From: an uncultured virus (IMG/VR IMGVR_UViG_3300036832_001426)
Lineage: Duplodnaviria; Heunggongvirae; Uroviricota; Caudoviricetes
Reading direction: 5' to 3' (one strand)
Length of the DNA stretch: 64,000 nucleotides
Virus record (IMG/VR): IMGVR_UViG_3300036832_001426
The translations under genes were made by a program, and so were the position numbers. Position 1 is the first letter of the stretch; each line of letters starts with the position of its first letter. This document shows positions 29,437 through 38,713 of this stretch, piece by piece. Under the pieces are notes generated by a model, which saw only the letters and a program-made list of their open reading frames with translations, was not told the origin of the DNA and made no database searches.

Positions 29437-30627
29437 GTGGCCGTTCGCAGCATTTCTACCTTCAATTCGTTTGTGACCGAGACGTCGAACGTGCGCGACG
29501 TTTCGACTCGCTTGCTCAACCTTGAGCCGGATCGCACACCGCTCTATGTTCTGACCAATAACTCGAAGCGCAAAGTCAGCGTGTTCTCTCCGCGCATCGA
29601 GTTCTTCGAAGACGCCGATCTTGTCATGCTGGGTGCATCGACCGCCGCGCTGGTGGCCGGAGCAACCGCGACCACCCTCACCGTTGCCGACGCTACCATC
29701 TTCGGCGTTGGCGATGTGGTCGCTGTCCAGAAGCAGGCAGAAAGCACCTCGACCGTTGAGGAGCTGATCTATGTCACCAACGTTCCCAACAGCACCACCG
29801 TCGTCGCGACCCGGGCTTTTGCCGGGACACCGATTGACGTCATCAGCTCGACCGCCACGCTGAAAATTCTCGGCGTGTGTCAGTCGGAAGTTGGAACCAT
29901 TCAGGCTCCGCGTACACCCGTGAAGGCTCCCAAGACCAGCGGTGCGCAGATCTTTGAATGGCCGATGCAAATCTCGCGCACTGCGGCAGCCACCAAGATT
30001 TATGGTGACCGCCCAGAGCGTGCTCGCATTCAGTGGCTCGGAATGCGTCGTCAGAAACTGGAGATCGAGAACGCTGGCCTGTTCGGCAGCTACTCGGAGA
30101 CCTTGGCCGGGACCGCATCGATGTACACCTCGATGGGCGTGCGCTCGATCATCTCCAGCTTCATCACCGATGCAGGCGGCACCACCACGCCGACCACACT
30201 CAAGGTCTTCCTTGACTGGTCGCGCATGGCGTTCCGCTATGGCTCGCCGGAGAAGCTGCTCATGGCCGCGCCGCTTGTGAAAGAGGCGATGGATTACTGG
30301 GCCGCAGGCAAGCAGTTCGTGCGGGCGGAGGACAAAGTGTTCGGCGTCTCGCTGAAGCGCTTCGTCACTTCGAACGGCACATGGCTCATCGCCAACAACT
30401 ACAACATGGATGCGGGTGTCGCGGACGAGGCGCTGGGTATCGACCTGCCCTCGGTCGAGTACTGCCCGCTCGTCAACAACGGGCAGAACCTCGATACGCG
30501 TCTCTACCCTGATTACGATCCCACCAACCCGAAGCTGCTGAAGGATCTGATCCTCACGCAGGCGGGCTGGAGAATCTGGCATCAGGCGCGGCACGCGAGG
30601 ATCTACGACTTCACCGCATTCGCCTGA
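29437..30627 (+). CDS. Major capsid protein (DUF5309/SU10-like, with inserted beta domain)
   Basis: RDVS...EPDRTPL, EFFED, QIF..ISRT, KLEIENAGLFG, MGVRS; followed by a terminator. Confidence 0.85.
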   Translation: MAVRSISTFNSFVTETSNVRDVSTRLLNLEPDRTPLYVLTNNSKRKVSVFSPRIEFFEDADLVMLGASTAALVAGATATTLTVADATIFGVGDVVAVQKQAESTSTVEELIYVTNVPNSTTVVATRAFAGTPIDVISSTATLKILGVCQSEVGTIQAPRTPVKAPKTSGAQIFEWPMQISRTAAATKIYGDRPERARIQWLGMRRQKLEIENAGLFGSYSETLAGTASMYTSMGVRSIISSFITDAGGTTTPTTLKVFLDWSRMAFRYGSPEKLLMAAPLVKEAMDYWAAGKQFVRAEDKVFGVSLKRFVTSNGTWLIANNYNMDAGVADEALGIDLPSVEYCPLVNNGQNLDTRLYPDYDPTNPKLLKDLILTQAGWRIWHQARHARIYDFTAFA

Positions 30628-30647
30628 AGTCGGACTTTGCCAGAGCT

Positions 30648-30689
30648 GGGGCGCGATCTTACTGAACTAGGGTCGCGCCCCGATTTTTT
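30648..30689 (+). terminator. Rho-independent terminator after the capsid gene
   Basis: GGGGCGCGA..TCGCGCCCC stem followed by a T-run. Confidence 0.75.
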
Positions 30690-30703
30690 GGGAGACCAAA
30701 TTT

Positions 30704-31225
30704 GTGATCAACGAGAGAGCAATCAGAGCCAAAAACTGGAAAGCCACATGCCTTGTCTGCGGGAAGACTTTCTCCTACGCCGACGGCTTCGAGTGTGACG
30801 CGCAGCCGGGCAAACACGTGGTCGCGATCCGCGAGTACTACCACCTTGGGGCGGGACACATTCAATCGATCCGTGACCGCCGCATGTTCTCGCCTGCATT
30901 GAATCTGAAGTCGGACATCGAAGTGCGCGACAAAGTCACCGGGCAAATCACGCGCATCGAGGGCCTGATCGTCCACTTCCGCGAAAGCGGCAAGTTCGAG
31001 ACCAGCGATCCCGAGGAGCAGTACTTACTCGACATGCATCACGGCGTGACGAGCGGAGCCGAGGGCCTCGCTGCGTGGGAAAAGATGTACCTCACACAGG
31101 ACCAGCAGACCCGGAAAGCGCAGGAACATCTGGCCGATCTGCAGAAACAGATCCGCGAGAACAATGCCCTGCTCGAACGCGTGAAAACGCAGAAGGTCGA
31201 AAAAGATGTTGCGAGCGTGCGGTAA
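30704..31225 (+). CDS. Hypothetical protein (N-terminal C/H cluster, C-terminal coiled coil)
   Basis: GGAG RBS + GTG. Confidence 0.65.
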   Translation: MINERAIRAKNWKATCLVCGKTFSYADGFECDAQPGKHVVAIREYYHLGAGHIQSIRDRRMFSPALNLKSDIEVRDKVTGQITRIEGLIVHFRESGKFETSDPEEQYLLDMHHGVTSGAEGLAAWEKMYLTQDQQTRKAQEHLADLQKQIRENNALLERVKTQKVEKDVASVR

Positions 31226-31628
31226 CTGCGGGCAGTCGGCGACCCGACGAAGAGTCACATTCGACGACAAGGGGAGTGTGGTGCGAGAGCGGTGCTCGCA
31301 CTGCGCTCCCGAAGATTTTGCGGAGCCGTTCCGCGATCCATCCGACCAGAAAGTTTACTCCGGGCCCGAAGCGTTCCCCCATCTCTACAAGCGCGACCGC
31401 AATGGCGTTCTGCAGGCCAAGGATGAACTGCTCGCCGACACCGCCGAGCTGTGGGACGGCGGGCCGACTGAGCGTGCGCGCCGACTCAAGCAGCAGACGC
31501 GTCGCACCGAAGCGATGACGCCGGAAGAGATCGCGCAGGCACGCAAGTGGGGCGAGCAGGTGCTGGGCCCGGCGTGGCGCAAGGGAGGGACAGCTGGAGT
31601 CGTGGCTGCTCTGCATGACAGTGAATGA
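31206..31628 (+). CDS. Zn-ribbon hypothetical protein
   Basis: CGNC...CSHC. Confidence 0.6.
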   Translation: MLRACGNCGQSATRRRVTFDDKGSVVRERCSHCAPEDFAEPFRDPSDQKVYSGPEAFPHLYKRDRNGVLQAKDELLADTAELWDGGPTERARRLKQQTRRTEAMTPEEIAQARKWGEQVLGPAWRKGGTAGVVAALHDSE

Positions 31629-32613
31629 CGATCTGAGCCTTTTTAAACAGGAAGCGGAGCGCGTGGCGGCCCTGAATGCTCTCGACCTCGAAGAGGGCAA
31701 GCGCCGTGTGCGCTCGCTGGCGAAGACGCCGGAAGGCCGCGAGGCGCTGCGGCAGGAACTCGGCTACAACTTTTTGTTTGCGGATGAGGCGCTGAAGGAC
31801 GGCAGGCCGCTGGTGAGCTTGCTGGTTCCGACGCGCAACGCGCCTGCGCCGGAAACTACGAAGGCAGTCGACGCGATCATTCGCGATTCGCGGCCTTCGT
31901 GCATTCTCACTCCCCAGCCCGGCATCTCGATGAGTGTCGTGCACTGGTCGCGCAATGAACTGCTCGTCCGGCTGCGCAAGAGCGGACAGCCTGCCGACTT
32001 CGTCCTCTTCATGGACGACGACATGGATCCACCGAAAGACGCGTTGGTGAAATTACTCAAGCACGATGTCGACATCGTCGCCGGGGCATGCACCGTGCGC
32101 AAGGATCCCCCGCTGCCCAACTTCCGAACGTGGAACCCCGAGAACATGGAGTTTCGCACGGCATGGGACTGGACCACGGTCGACGGTACGTACATGGGCG
32201 ACGGCCTCGTCGAGGTCGGTGGCGTGGGCGCGGCCTTCATGCTGGTGAAGACCACGGTGCTCGACAAGCTTGCCGAGTATTACCTCTCTTGCCGCTTCGA
32301 GCGCGAGCACATGGGGATGGATGCTTTCGTCGCACGGCGCGTCGAAGCGGGCCGACGAAAACACGCGAAAGAGACAGGCAACGACTGGTGGTTTCAATTC
32401 CTGCCGCACCCGCATGGCGATGGCGAGTGGGGCGAGGATCTCTCGTTCTGCTTCAAGGCGCGGGAGTGTGGCTACAAAATTTTCATCGATAGCAGCGTGC
32501 TTCCCGGGCACATGGGCTCTTACTCCTACAAGATCACCGACTATCTCAGCTATCAGGCCGAGCAGATCGCGCTCGATCAGGCGCGGCGGCAGCGTGCGGA
32601 GGTGGCACAATGA
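31615..32613 (+). CDS. GT-A fold (GT2-like) glycosyltransferase
   Basis: VSLLVPT, SRNEL, VLFMDDDM (DxD), GAAFMLV, GEDLSFC, GH. Confidence 0.8.
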   Translation: MTVNDDLSLFKQEAERVAALNALDLEEGKRRVRSLAKTPEGREALRQELGYNFLFADEALKDGRPLVSLLVPTRNAPAPETTKAVDAIIRDSRPSCILTPQPGISMSVVHWSRNELLVRLRKSGQPADFVLFMDDDMDPPKDALVKLLKHDVDIVAGACTVRKDPPLPNFRTWNPENMEFRTAWDWTTVDGTYMGDGLVEVGGVGAAFMLVKTTVLDKLAEYYLSCRFEREHMGMDAFVARRVEAGRRKHAKETGNDWWFQFLPHPHGDGEWGEDLSFCFKARECGYKIFIDSSVLPGHMGSYSYKITDYLSYQAEQIALDQARRQRAEVAQ

Positions 32614-33380
32614 GCACTCCATTCATCACTCCGCCCCAGCTGGGCGGCTGGACGACCAGCGCGTTGATTGAACTCGCTGACCGCCGCACCGAGCGGCGCG
32701 GCTCAAAGACGCTCGACCTCGACGCCGAGTTCGCCATGGCGCTGCAGCATCTCTGCATGGAGAAGCGCTGGTTCTGGCGGCGCAAGCTGGTGGTCTTCCC
32801 GCTGGTGATAGGAACGTGGCAGTACGACCTCTCCGCCGTGGGAACCCTGCTGCTGCCGGGGCCGAATGCGAAAGACATTCACCAGTTCGTCAAGCACGGC
32901 GTGCGCTACTACCCGAGCAGCAGTACCGATGCCTCGTCGGAAATCACGCCTTTATTCGAGCGCGAGCAGCAGGCGCTCGCGATGTATCAGAACGCCTACA
33001 ACCCTCAGCAAAAACCACCGCGCCAATACTTCATGAATCCCTTCATGGTGCTCAACCTTACGCCCGTGCCCGATCAGGCGTACCCGGTGAGCCTCGACTA
33101 CTGGGCTTATCCGACAAGAGAAGTGGGCGAGCAGATCCCGCTGGTGCCCGGCTACATGCATCACGTCCTGCTGAAAAAACTGGAAGCACAAATTTTCCGC
33201 TACACCCTCGGTGAAGGCGCGGCGAAATATCAGGCAGCGATGGGCGAGTACGCGGCGCTGGTTGCGCAGTACTCCGGCACCGATGGCATGGTGCCGGGCG
33301 AGCACAACGACTGGTCGGCGGATGACGATTACGAGTCCACCTACGGGAACGCTTCGAACGCCGTGCAAAGCACAAGCTGA
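32610..33380 (+). CDS. Head-tail adaptor / tail tubular protein A-like
   Basis: W.W motif, YDL, L.PVPDQAY; precedes the nozzle-like gene. Confidence 0.65.
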   Translation: MSTPFITPPQLGGWTTSALIELADRRTERRGSKTLDLDAEFAMALQHLCMEKRWFWRRKLVVFPLVIGTWQYDLSAVGTLLLPGPNAKDIHQFVKHGVRYYPSSSTDASSEITPLFEREQQALAMYQNAYNPQQKPPRQYFMNPFMVLNLTPVPDQAYPVSLDYWAYPTREVGEQIPLVPGYMHHVLLKKLEAQIFRYTLGEGAAKYQAAMGEYAALVAQYSGTDGMVPGEHNDWSADDDYESTYGNASNAVQSTS

Positions 33381-36300
33381 TGCCCCCTCTCAAGGCACTC
33401 GAACAATCCACCTTCGGCGGAGTGGATTCACGCTCCAACCCGGTCGTGATGCCGCAGAATCGTTTTCTGCTGTCCACGAACTTTGTGCCGCGACCGGACG
33501 GGCATATCGAGCTGCGCCCGGGATACGTGCAGCAGGTGATTGGCGCGGGCATGACCCCGGGCCCCGGCGCTGGGGCGATCCACTCGATGTGTCCGTACAC
33601 GGTCGCCTATCACGGGCCGCTGACGGCGGGAACTGTGGGCAATCCGAACAACCTGCCTTTTGTGAATGGCGGCGAGTGCATTTTCTTCTGGGTCGGAACC
33701 ACTCCCTACCTCCGCCTGCTCGACGGCAGCACCTGCCCCACACACAACCCTGTGGTGCGCGGCAGGGCGATTGCGTCGAGCGAGCACTGGCAATACGCGC
33801 TCGGCAAAGACGGCTATCTGTACATGCACAACGGTACAGATAAGAAGTTCTTCGATGGCGTGTACCTGCGCGACATCGGGCTGCCGATTCTTTCGCAGAC
33901 GCAGCTCTCTGGGATCTCGGTCGCCGAAGGCACGGCTGCACCGTTGACCTCAGATGTCGATAACGTGACGTTCAGTCTGGTGGCTGCGAATCCTCCCTAC
34001 GCCCCGCCCACCAAGGGCAACGTCATCTCCGGCTACATGTACATGGCGTACTTCAACAAGAGCAACGACGTGCTGGCCGCATCGCCCGAGCCGCTGGGCA
34101 ATACGACGTTCCCGAACAGCAGTGGATCGACCACAAATTTCCTGCAGGTCAACAACCTGACACTGCCGACGGATCCGAACACTGTGGTCCTGCTCTATTA
34201 CCCATCAGGGCAGGCGCTCGCGACTTTGGAGTCGGGCACGGTCTGCAATTTTTATCCGCACGATCACTCTTACAACTCCGCTTTCGAGTACCAGAACGTC
34301 GCCGACGTTGTGAGCGTTGGTCCCACGCTGCCGGGCTCGCCATCGGCGAGCTTCACGCTCTCTGACAATCAGGGCCTGCTCTTCAATCCCGGCGACGGGC
34401 AGGCGTTCCCCGGCTGGACGGGCGACACCAACGGCCACATTTATCCCATGGAAGTCGCGGGCGTGAACTCCGCAGGCGGATGGGATCACACCACGCAGGT
34501 GATCTGGAGCGGAGCGGGCCCGGGTGGAACTGGCGAGTGGACGATGACCGTGGCAGGCAGCATCTCGATCCCCGCGCCGGGTGACTACACTTTTATTTTC
34601 GTTCACGATGATGGCGCATTCATCGGCATCGGCGGCGGAGCGAGCTACGTCTCCGGCTTCCTCGATCCCGGCTACCAGACCCTCAGCGCGGATCACGCCT
34701 ACCCGGTGATGTGCAACCGTCAGACCGCCGGGCGAAACATCGACAGCTTCACCGTGCACTTCTCGGCGGCTGGCACTTTCCCCTTCGAGATCGACTATTG
34801 CAACTGGCAAACCGCGCAGACCTGCTGCCTGTACAACGGCGACGGCTCGGTAATCATGCCGCCTCTGGTGAGCGTCGACGCGCCGACCGTGACCGCTCCG
34901 TCTTTTCTTACGACCGAAGCCACCGTGGGCAATGCTTCGCTGGCCAAGAGCAGCTCGACGAAAGTGGAAGCCACTACATCCAGCGCCCATGGACTCTCGA
35001 CTGGCGACGTGATCGTGCTTTCGCTGGGCACTCCGCCGACCTACAGTCCGGTGACGTGGACGAGCAATGGGCCCTTCACGGTGAGCGTGATCGATGCGAC
35101 TCACTTCACGTTCAACGTGGATGACGCGACACCCTACGACGCCGCGACTCCCATCGCGATCCAGCGGCTGGTGCAGGTGACGACGACCAGCTACAAGGTG
35201 AACACCGACAACACGGGATGGCCGACCACTACTCGCAACGATGTCGACACGAATCAGAGCGGACAAATTCTGCTGCCCTCGCCGCTCGATGCGGACACTT
35301 TGCTTCCAGCCTCATCCATCGGCGGTGCTCAACCCGGCTACCAGTTCTACGCTGCGGTCTACGATCCGCTGACCGGGCATGTGGGCAATCGCGTTCCTAT
35401 CGGGCGACGCCTCGCCCCCACGACCGATTGCACGGTCAACATCTCCGGGCTGCCTGATCTCAGCGTGGCCTTTGCCGGAGAGCCGATCATCGAGTGGGGC
35501 AACGGCAGCGAGCTGCAAGGCGTCGTTCCCTTCGTCAACAAAAATAAACAGGGAACGGTGAAGGGCTACGCGGCATCGCCGGGTGACTCGGAGTGGTGCC
35601 TGCTGATTGGCAGAACAGGCGATGGCGGCGAAGTCCCCTACGCCTGCGTCGACAGGCTTGCGAACTGGATCTACACCAACCCGGGAGACTCGACGGTCAC
35701 CGTCAGCAACGGCAAGGTCGATGAGAATTCTGAGCTGCCCGTCGACAACTACATTCCTCCCGCCTTCGCGTGTTTCTGGCGTGAAGGAGATCGCATGTGC
35801 GGATCGCTGCGGAATCAGCCCTTCGTCTACCGCTGCGGCTCAGAGATCGATTCCACGACTGGCATCTTCGTCGGTCTGCCTGCGCAGTCGTGGAGCCCGG
35901 CACGCCTTGAAACTTTCCCGACAGCTGCGGGGATTTTCGGAGGCTACGGGTACATGCAGGAAAGCTGGGTCTTCACCATGAGCGATCTCGCTCAACTGTC
36001 GGAGCTGACGGGCGAAGCGGTCTGGAACGGGCCCTACAATCCTTTCGGCATCATCGGCCCGAAAGCTTTCGACAAGGGCTGGAACTCGCTGCCCTTCTGG
36101 GTCTCGAAGGACAAGGAACTGTGCACGATGATCCCGGGGTCGAACGGGCCCATGGTCATCTCCGGCGAGTACGAGGCTTCGCTGCTCGCCCAAATCGGCG
36201 ACGACATCTACAACCCGAGCACGCACCTGATCACGACTCCTCGCGCTTCCCGCACCGAGCTGATTTATTTTTACGATCCACTGAACAAGGTGGAAGTGTT

Positions 36301-36931
36301 GCGCATCAAGTGCATCGACGCGAACGGCGTTCCGTTCACTGTCATCCACGACTTCAACCTGCGCGACGACCAGAGTCCCTACGGGCAAGCCTACGTGCAT
36401 GCCTATGTCGACGCGCTGGCCAATGACTTCACCACTTGCCGCATCCTCGATGTGAATCGTCACGCCCGCATCTGGGCTGGGGGCAGCGACGGGCGCTTCT
36501 ACGCCTTCTATCTGGGCGGGCAGGACAATGGCGTCGACTTCCCGGCGAGCGCCATCGCGCTGCGCTATCTCGGAGGCGAGCGCACCGGGCTGCGCACCAT
36601 CGAATGGTACGGCGATGAAAAGCTCAAGTGGTATCTGCTCGATCACATGGTGGGTGATGACATTTTGCCTGACCAGACGCAGTGGGTCGATGTAACAGAC
36701 GAGTTCCGTCCATTTCCCGGCGATGAGCACAGCGGTCACTACATCGCCGACCTGCAGCGACCGGAGATGATCCATTGCTATCTGTGGATCTACCTGATGG
36801 GGCACGCCGCCGATGCGCCGATTCCGGCGGATCCGATGGCCTTGAGTAGTCCCATTCCGCACACGCCGCTGGAAACCTACGGCAGGCTGTACATGGCCGC
36901 GCCGATCATCGCGGGATCGAGGGGACGATGA
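33380..36931 (+). CDS. Tail nozzle / tubular protein B-like, with inserted PA14-like and other beta domains
   Basis: N-terminal FGGVD..N..G.IELRPG; PA14-like YTFIFVHDDGAFIGI..FPFEIDY at about 34540-34850; AHGLSTGD..FTVSVIDATHFTF. Confidence 0.7.
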   Translation: MPPLKALEQSTFGGVDSRSNPVVMPQNRFLLSTNFVPRPDGHIELRPGYVQQVIGAGMTPGPGAGAIHSMCPYTVAYHGPLTAGTVGNPNNLPFVNGGECIFFWVGTTPYLRLLDGSTCPTHNPVVRGRAIASSEHWQYALGKDGYLYMHNGTDKKFFDGVYLRDIGLPILSQTQLSGISVAEGTAAPLTSDVDNVTFSLVAANPPYAPPTKGNVISGYMYMAYFNKSNDVLAASPEPLGNTTFPNSSGSTTNFLQVNNLTLPTDPNTVVLLYYPSGQALATLESGTVCNFYPHDHSYNSAFEYQNVADVVSVGPTLPGSPSASFTLSDNQGLLFNPGDGQAFPGWTGDTNGHIYPMEVAGVNSAGGWDHTTQVIWSGAGPGGTGEWTMTVAGSISIPAPGDYTFIFVHDDGAFIGIGGGASYVSGFLDPGYQTLSADHAYPVMCNRQTAGRNIDSFTVHFSAAGTFPFEIDYCNWQTAQTCCLYNGDGSVIMPPLVSVDAPTVTAPSFLTTEATVGNASLAKSSSTKVEATTSSAHGLSTGDVIVLSLGTPPTYSPVTWTSNGPFTVSVIDATHFTFNVDDATPYDAATPIAIQRLVQVTTTSYKVNTDNTGWPTTTRNDVDTNQSGQILLPSPLDADTLLPASSIGGAQPGYQFYAAVYDPLTGHVGNRVPIGRRLAPTTDCTVNISGLPDLSVAFAGEPIIEWGNGSELQGVVPFVNKNKQGTVKGYAASPGDSEWCLLIGRTGDGGEVPYACVDRLANWIYTNPGDSTVTVSNGKVDENSELPVDNYIPPAFACFWREGDRMCGSLRNQPFVYRCGSEIDSTTGIFVGLPAQSWSPARLETFPTAAGIFGGYGYMQESWVFTMSDLAQLSELTGEAVWNGPYNPFGIIGPKAFDKGWNSLPFWVSKDKELCTMIPGSNGPMVISGEYEASLLAQIGDDIYNPSTHLITTPRASRTELIYFYDPLNKVEVLRIKCIDANGVPFTVIHDFNLRDDQSPYGQAYVHAYVDALANDFTTCRILDVNRHARIWAGGSDGRFYAFYLGGQDNGVDFPASAIALRYLGGERTGLRTIEWYGDEKLKWYLLDHMVGDDILPDQTQWVDVTDEFRPFPGDEHSGHYIADLQRPEMIHCYLWIYLMGHAADAPIPADPMALSSPIPHTPLETYGRLYMAAPIIAGSRGR

Positions 36932-37416
36932 AGAGCATCCTGTCGCCGCAAATCGGGCCCAACCGCGAGCAACACCTGCAGGCCCGGGTGCATGCCATCA
37001 CCGGAAATCGAACTCACGGCACGCAGCGCCTTCCGGCTGCGCCCCGTGGACTGGTGGCACAGCGAGCGCAAAACGGGGCGCTGCTCACATGGCATCTGCC
37101 TACGCGCTACGGCGACGTGACGGGCTACCGCATTTACGTGGGCACCGAAAAAAATCTCGCCATTGAAGTTCGGGATCGCGGCACGCGCCAGATGCTGGTG
37201 CCGCTCGCGGCGGGAGACACGCCAGCGCAACAAAATATTTTCGTCAGCGTGGTGAACGGATTCCGCGAGGGGCCGCGTCGGCAGATCCAGATCAAAGCGC
37301 TCGCGAGCACAGATCCGCCAGCGATTCCTCCGCCCCCGACCACTTACCTTGACGTGTTCTCGGGCGGTCTCGACAAAACCCAGAGCGGACGTCCCACTGG
37401 AAGAAAAGTTCCATGA
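36928..37416 (+). CDS. FN3-like virion protein
   Basis: PAAPRGL..LTW..VTGYRIY..VSVVNG.REG. Confidence 0.65.
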   Translation: MKSILSPQIGPNREQHLQARVHAITGNRTHGTQRLPAAPRGLVAQRAQNGALLTWHLPTRYGDVTGYRIYVGTEKNLAIEVRDRGTRQMLVPLAAGDTPAQQNIFVSVVNGFREGPRRQIQIKALASTDPPAIPPPPTTYLDVFSGGLDKTQSGRPTGRKVP

Positions 37417-37844
37417 AGGTTCAGGTGTTCCATTTGTTTTTTAAGCAGGGTCTGGAAGGAATGGTGCCGTCCGATCCGCAGCTCTACACGCTGGCCGACG
37501 ACTACGTGCAGGAAACCATGGCGCAGCCTCCCGACTTCAAGGCTTACAAAAATACTTGGGTGGCCTGCGAGGTCGATGCTTCCGGCACGCCTGTGCGCTG
37601 TGTCGGTGTGCTGTCGATGATGTTCCGGCCCGACTTCCCCATCTGCCGCTTCACCGACAACGCGGCGGTGGTGAAGCTGGTGCAGCGTGCGAACGATCAC
37701 CTGCACGACGTCTATGGATGGCGCGGTGGTTACGCGCTGGTGCACATCGCGAAAGAAGACGACCGACGGTGCACCGATTACGAGGAGTGGATGAAGGTCT
37801 TCGAGGTCGAGGACGCAGAGCGCTGGGCAATCAAGGTGCGGTGA
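37413..37844 (+). CDS. Hypothetical protein (position typical of podovirus GNAT-like assembly proteins)
   Basis: ORF between tail and ejection genes; fold assignment weak. Confidence 0.55.
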   Translation: MKVQVFHLFFKQGLEGMVPSDPQLYTLADDYVQETMAQPPDFKAYKNTWVACEVDASGTPVRCVGVLSMMFRPDFPICRFTDNAAVVKLVQRANDHLHDVYGWRGGYALVHIAKEDDRRCTDYEEWMKVFEVEDAERWAIKVR

Positions 37845-37854
37845 GGAGGTAGCT

Positions 37855-38418
37855 ATGGGCGGTCAGGGCGGAGTTACTGGCAGTCAAAAGAATCTGGCAG
37901 CCGGGCAAATGTCGGAAGCAGGGACAAGCTCGGCGGCGGATGCTGCATTTCAGAGTGCCATGGCGAACCGGATGGGCACCGGGCTCCAAAGTTTCTACGG
38001 CAATCGCATGAACAACGGCCTGCCCTTCTATCGCAATCTCACCGACTACGGTGGCGGCGCGGTGGCGCAGGCTTTCGCTCCGGCGCGGGCTGACATTTAT
38101 CGCCGTGCGAGTCAGTCGGCCTTTCTTCCCTCGGGCGCTCGCGATGCGCAACTGAACGATCTCGGAGCTGCGCAGGGGCGGGCCTTCGATTCGACGCTCA
38201 CGCAGGCCATGATGGCGAATGAAGCGGCGAAGCAGTACGGCGCTGGCGGGCAATCGCAGCAGGAGCAGCTCGCGGCGAATCGCGCCCTCGCCTACAAGGG
38301 CCTCGGCATGAACGCGGATCAATCAATTCTCAATGCGCAACAGAAGCCGAGCACGTGGGGCACGGTGGCTGGCGGAGTTCAGCAAGGTTTGAAGACGGCA
38401 GCACTGATGGCCGGATAA
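37855..38418 (+). CDS. Internal virion / ejection protein
   Basis: MGGQGG start; A/G/Q-rich; amphipathic C-terminus. Confidence 0.7.
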   Translation: MGGQGGVTGSQKNLAAGQMSEAGTSSAADAAFQSAMANRMGTGLQSFYGNRMNNGLPFYRNLTDYGGGAVAQAFAPARADIYRRASQSAFLPSGARDAQLNDLGAAQGRAFDSTLTQAMMANEAAKQYGAGGQSQQEQLAANRALAYKGLGMNADQSILNAQQKPSTWGTVAGGVQQGLKTAALMAG

Positions 38419-38431
38419 CTGGAGGTGTGTG

Positions 38432-38713
38432 ATGGGTGGAGCGATGAGCAAGTTCGGCAGTCAGCTCGCGAGCAATTTTCAGACGCCGCAAGGGACCACG
38501 CCCGGGTCAGTGTTGAAGGGCATCGGCGACACGATGGACATTTATCAGGCGCAGGGCAGAGGACAACCGGGACAGCAACAACCGGGACAGCAACAGGCCG
38601 CACCTCCCGCGCAGGCCGCGCCTGTCGCATTCAACACGCCCAATTTGCCTTACATGCCGCCGCCTGAGATGGAGAACCCTTACCTGCGGCGCAACGCAAT
38701 GTACGGAGGATGA
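38432..38713 (+). CDS. Small Q/P-rich internal virion protein ending RRNAMYGG
   Basis: GGAGG RBS; within the ejection-protein cluster. Confidence 0.7.
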   Translation: MGGAMSKFGSQLASNFQTPQGTTPGSVLKGIGDTMDIYQAQGRGQPGQQQPGQQQAAPPAQAAPVAFNTPNLPYMPPPEMENPYLRRNAMYGG

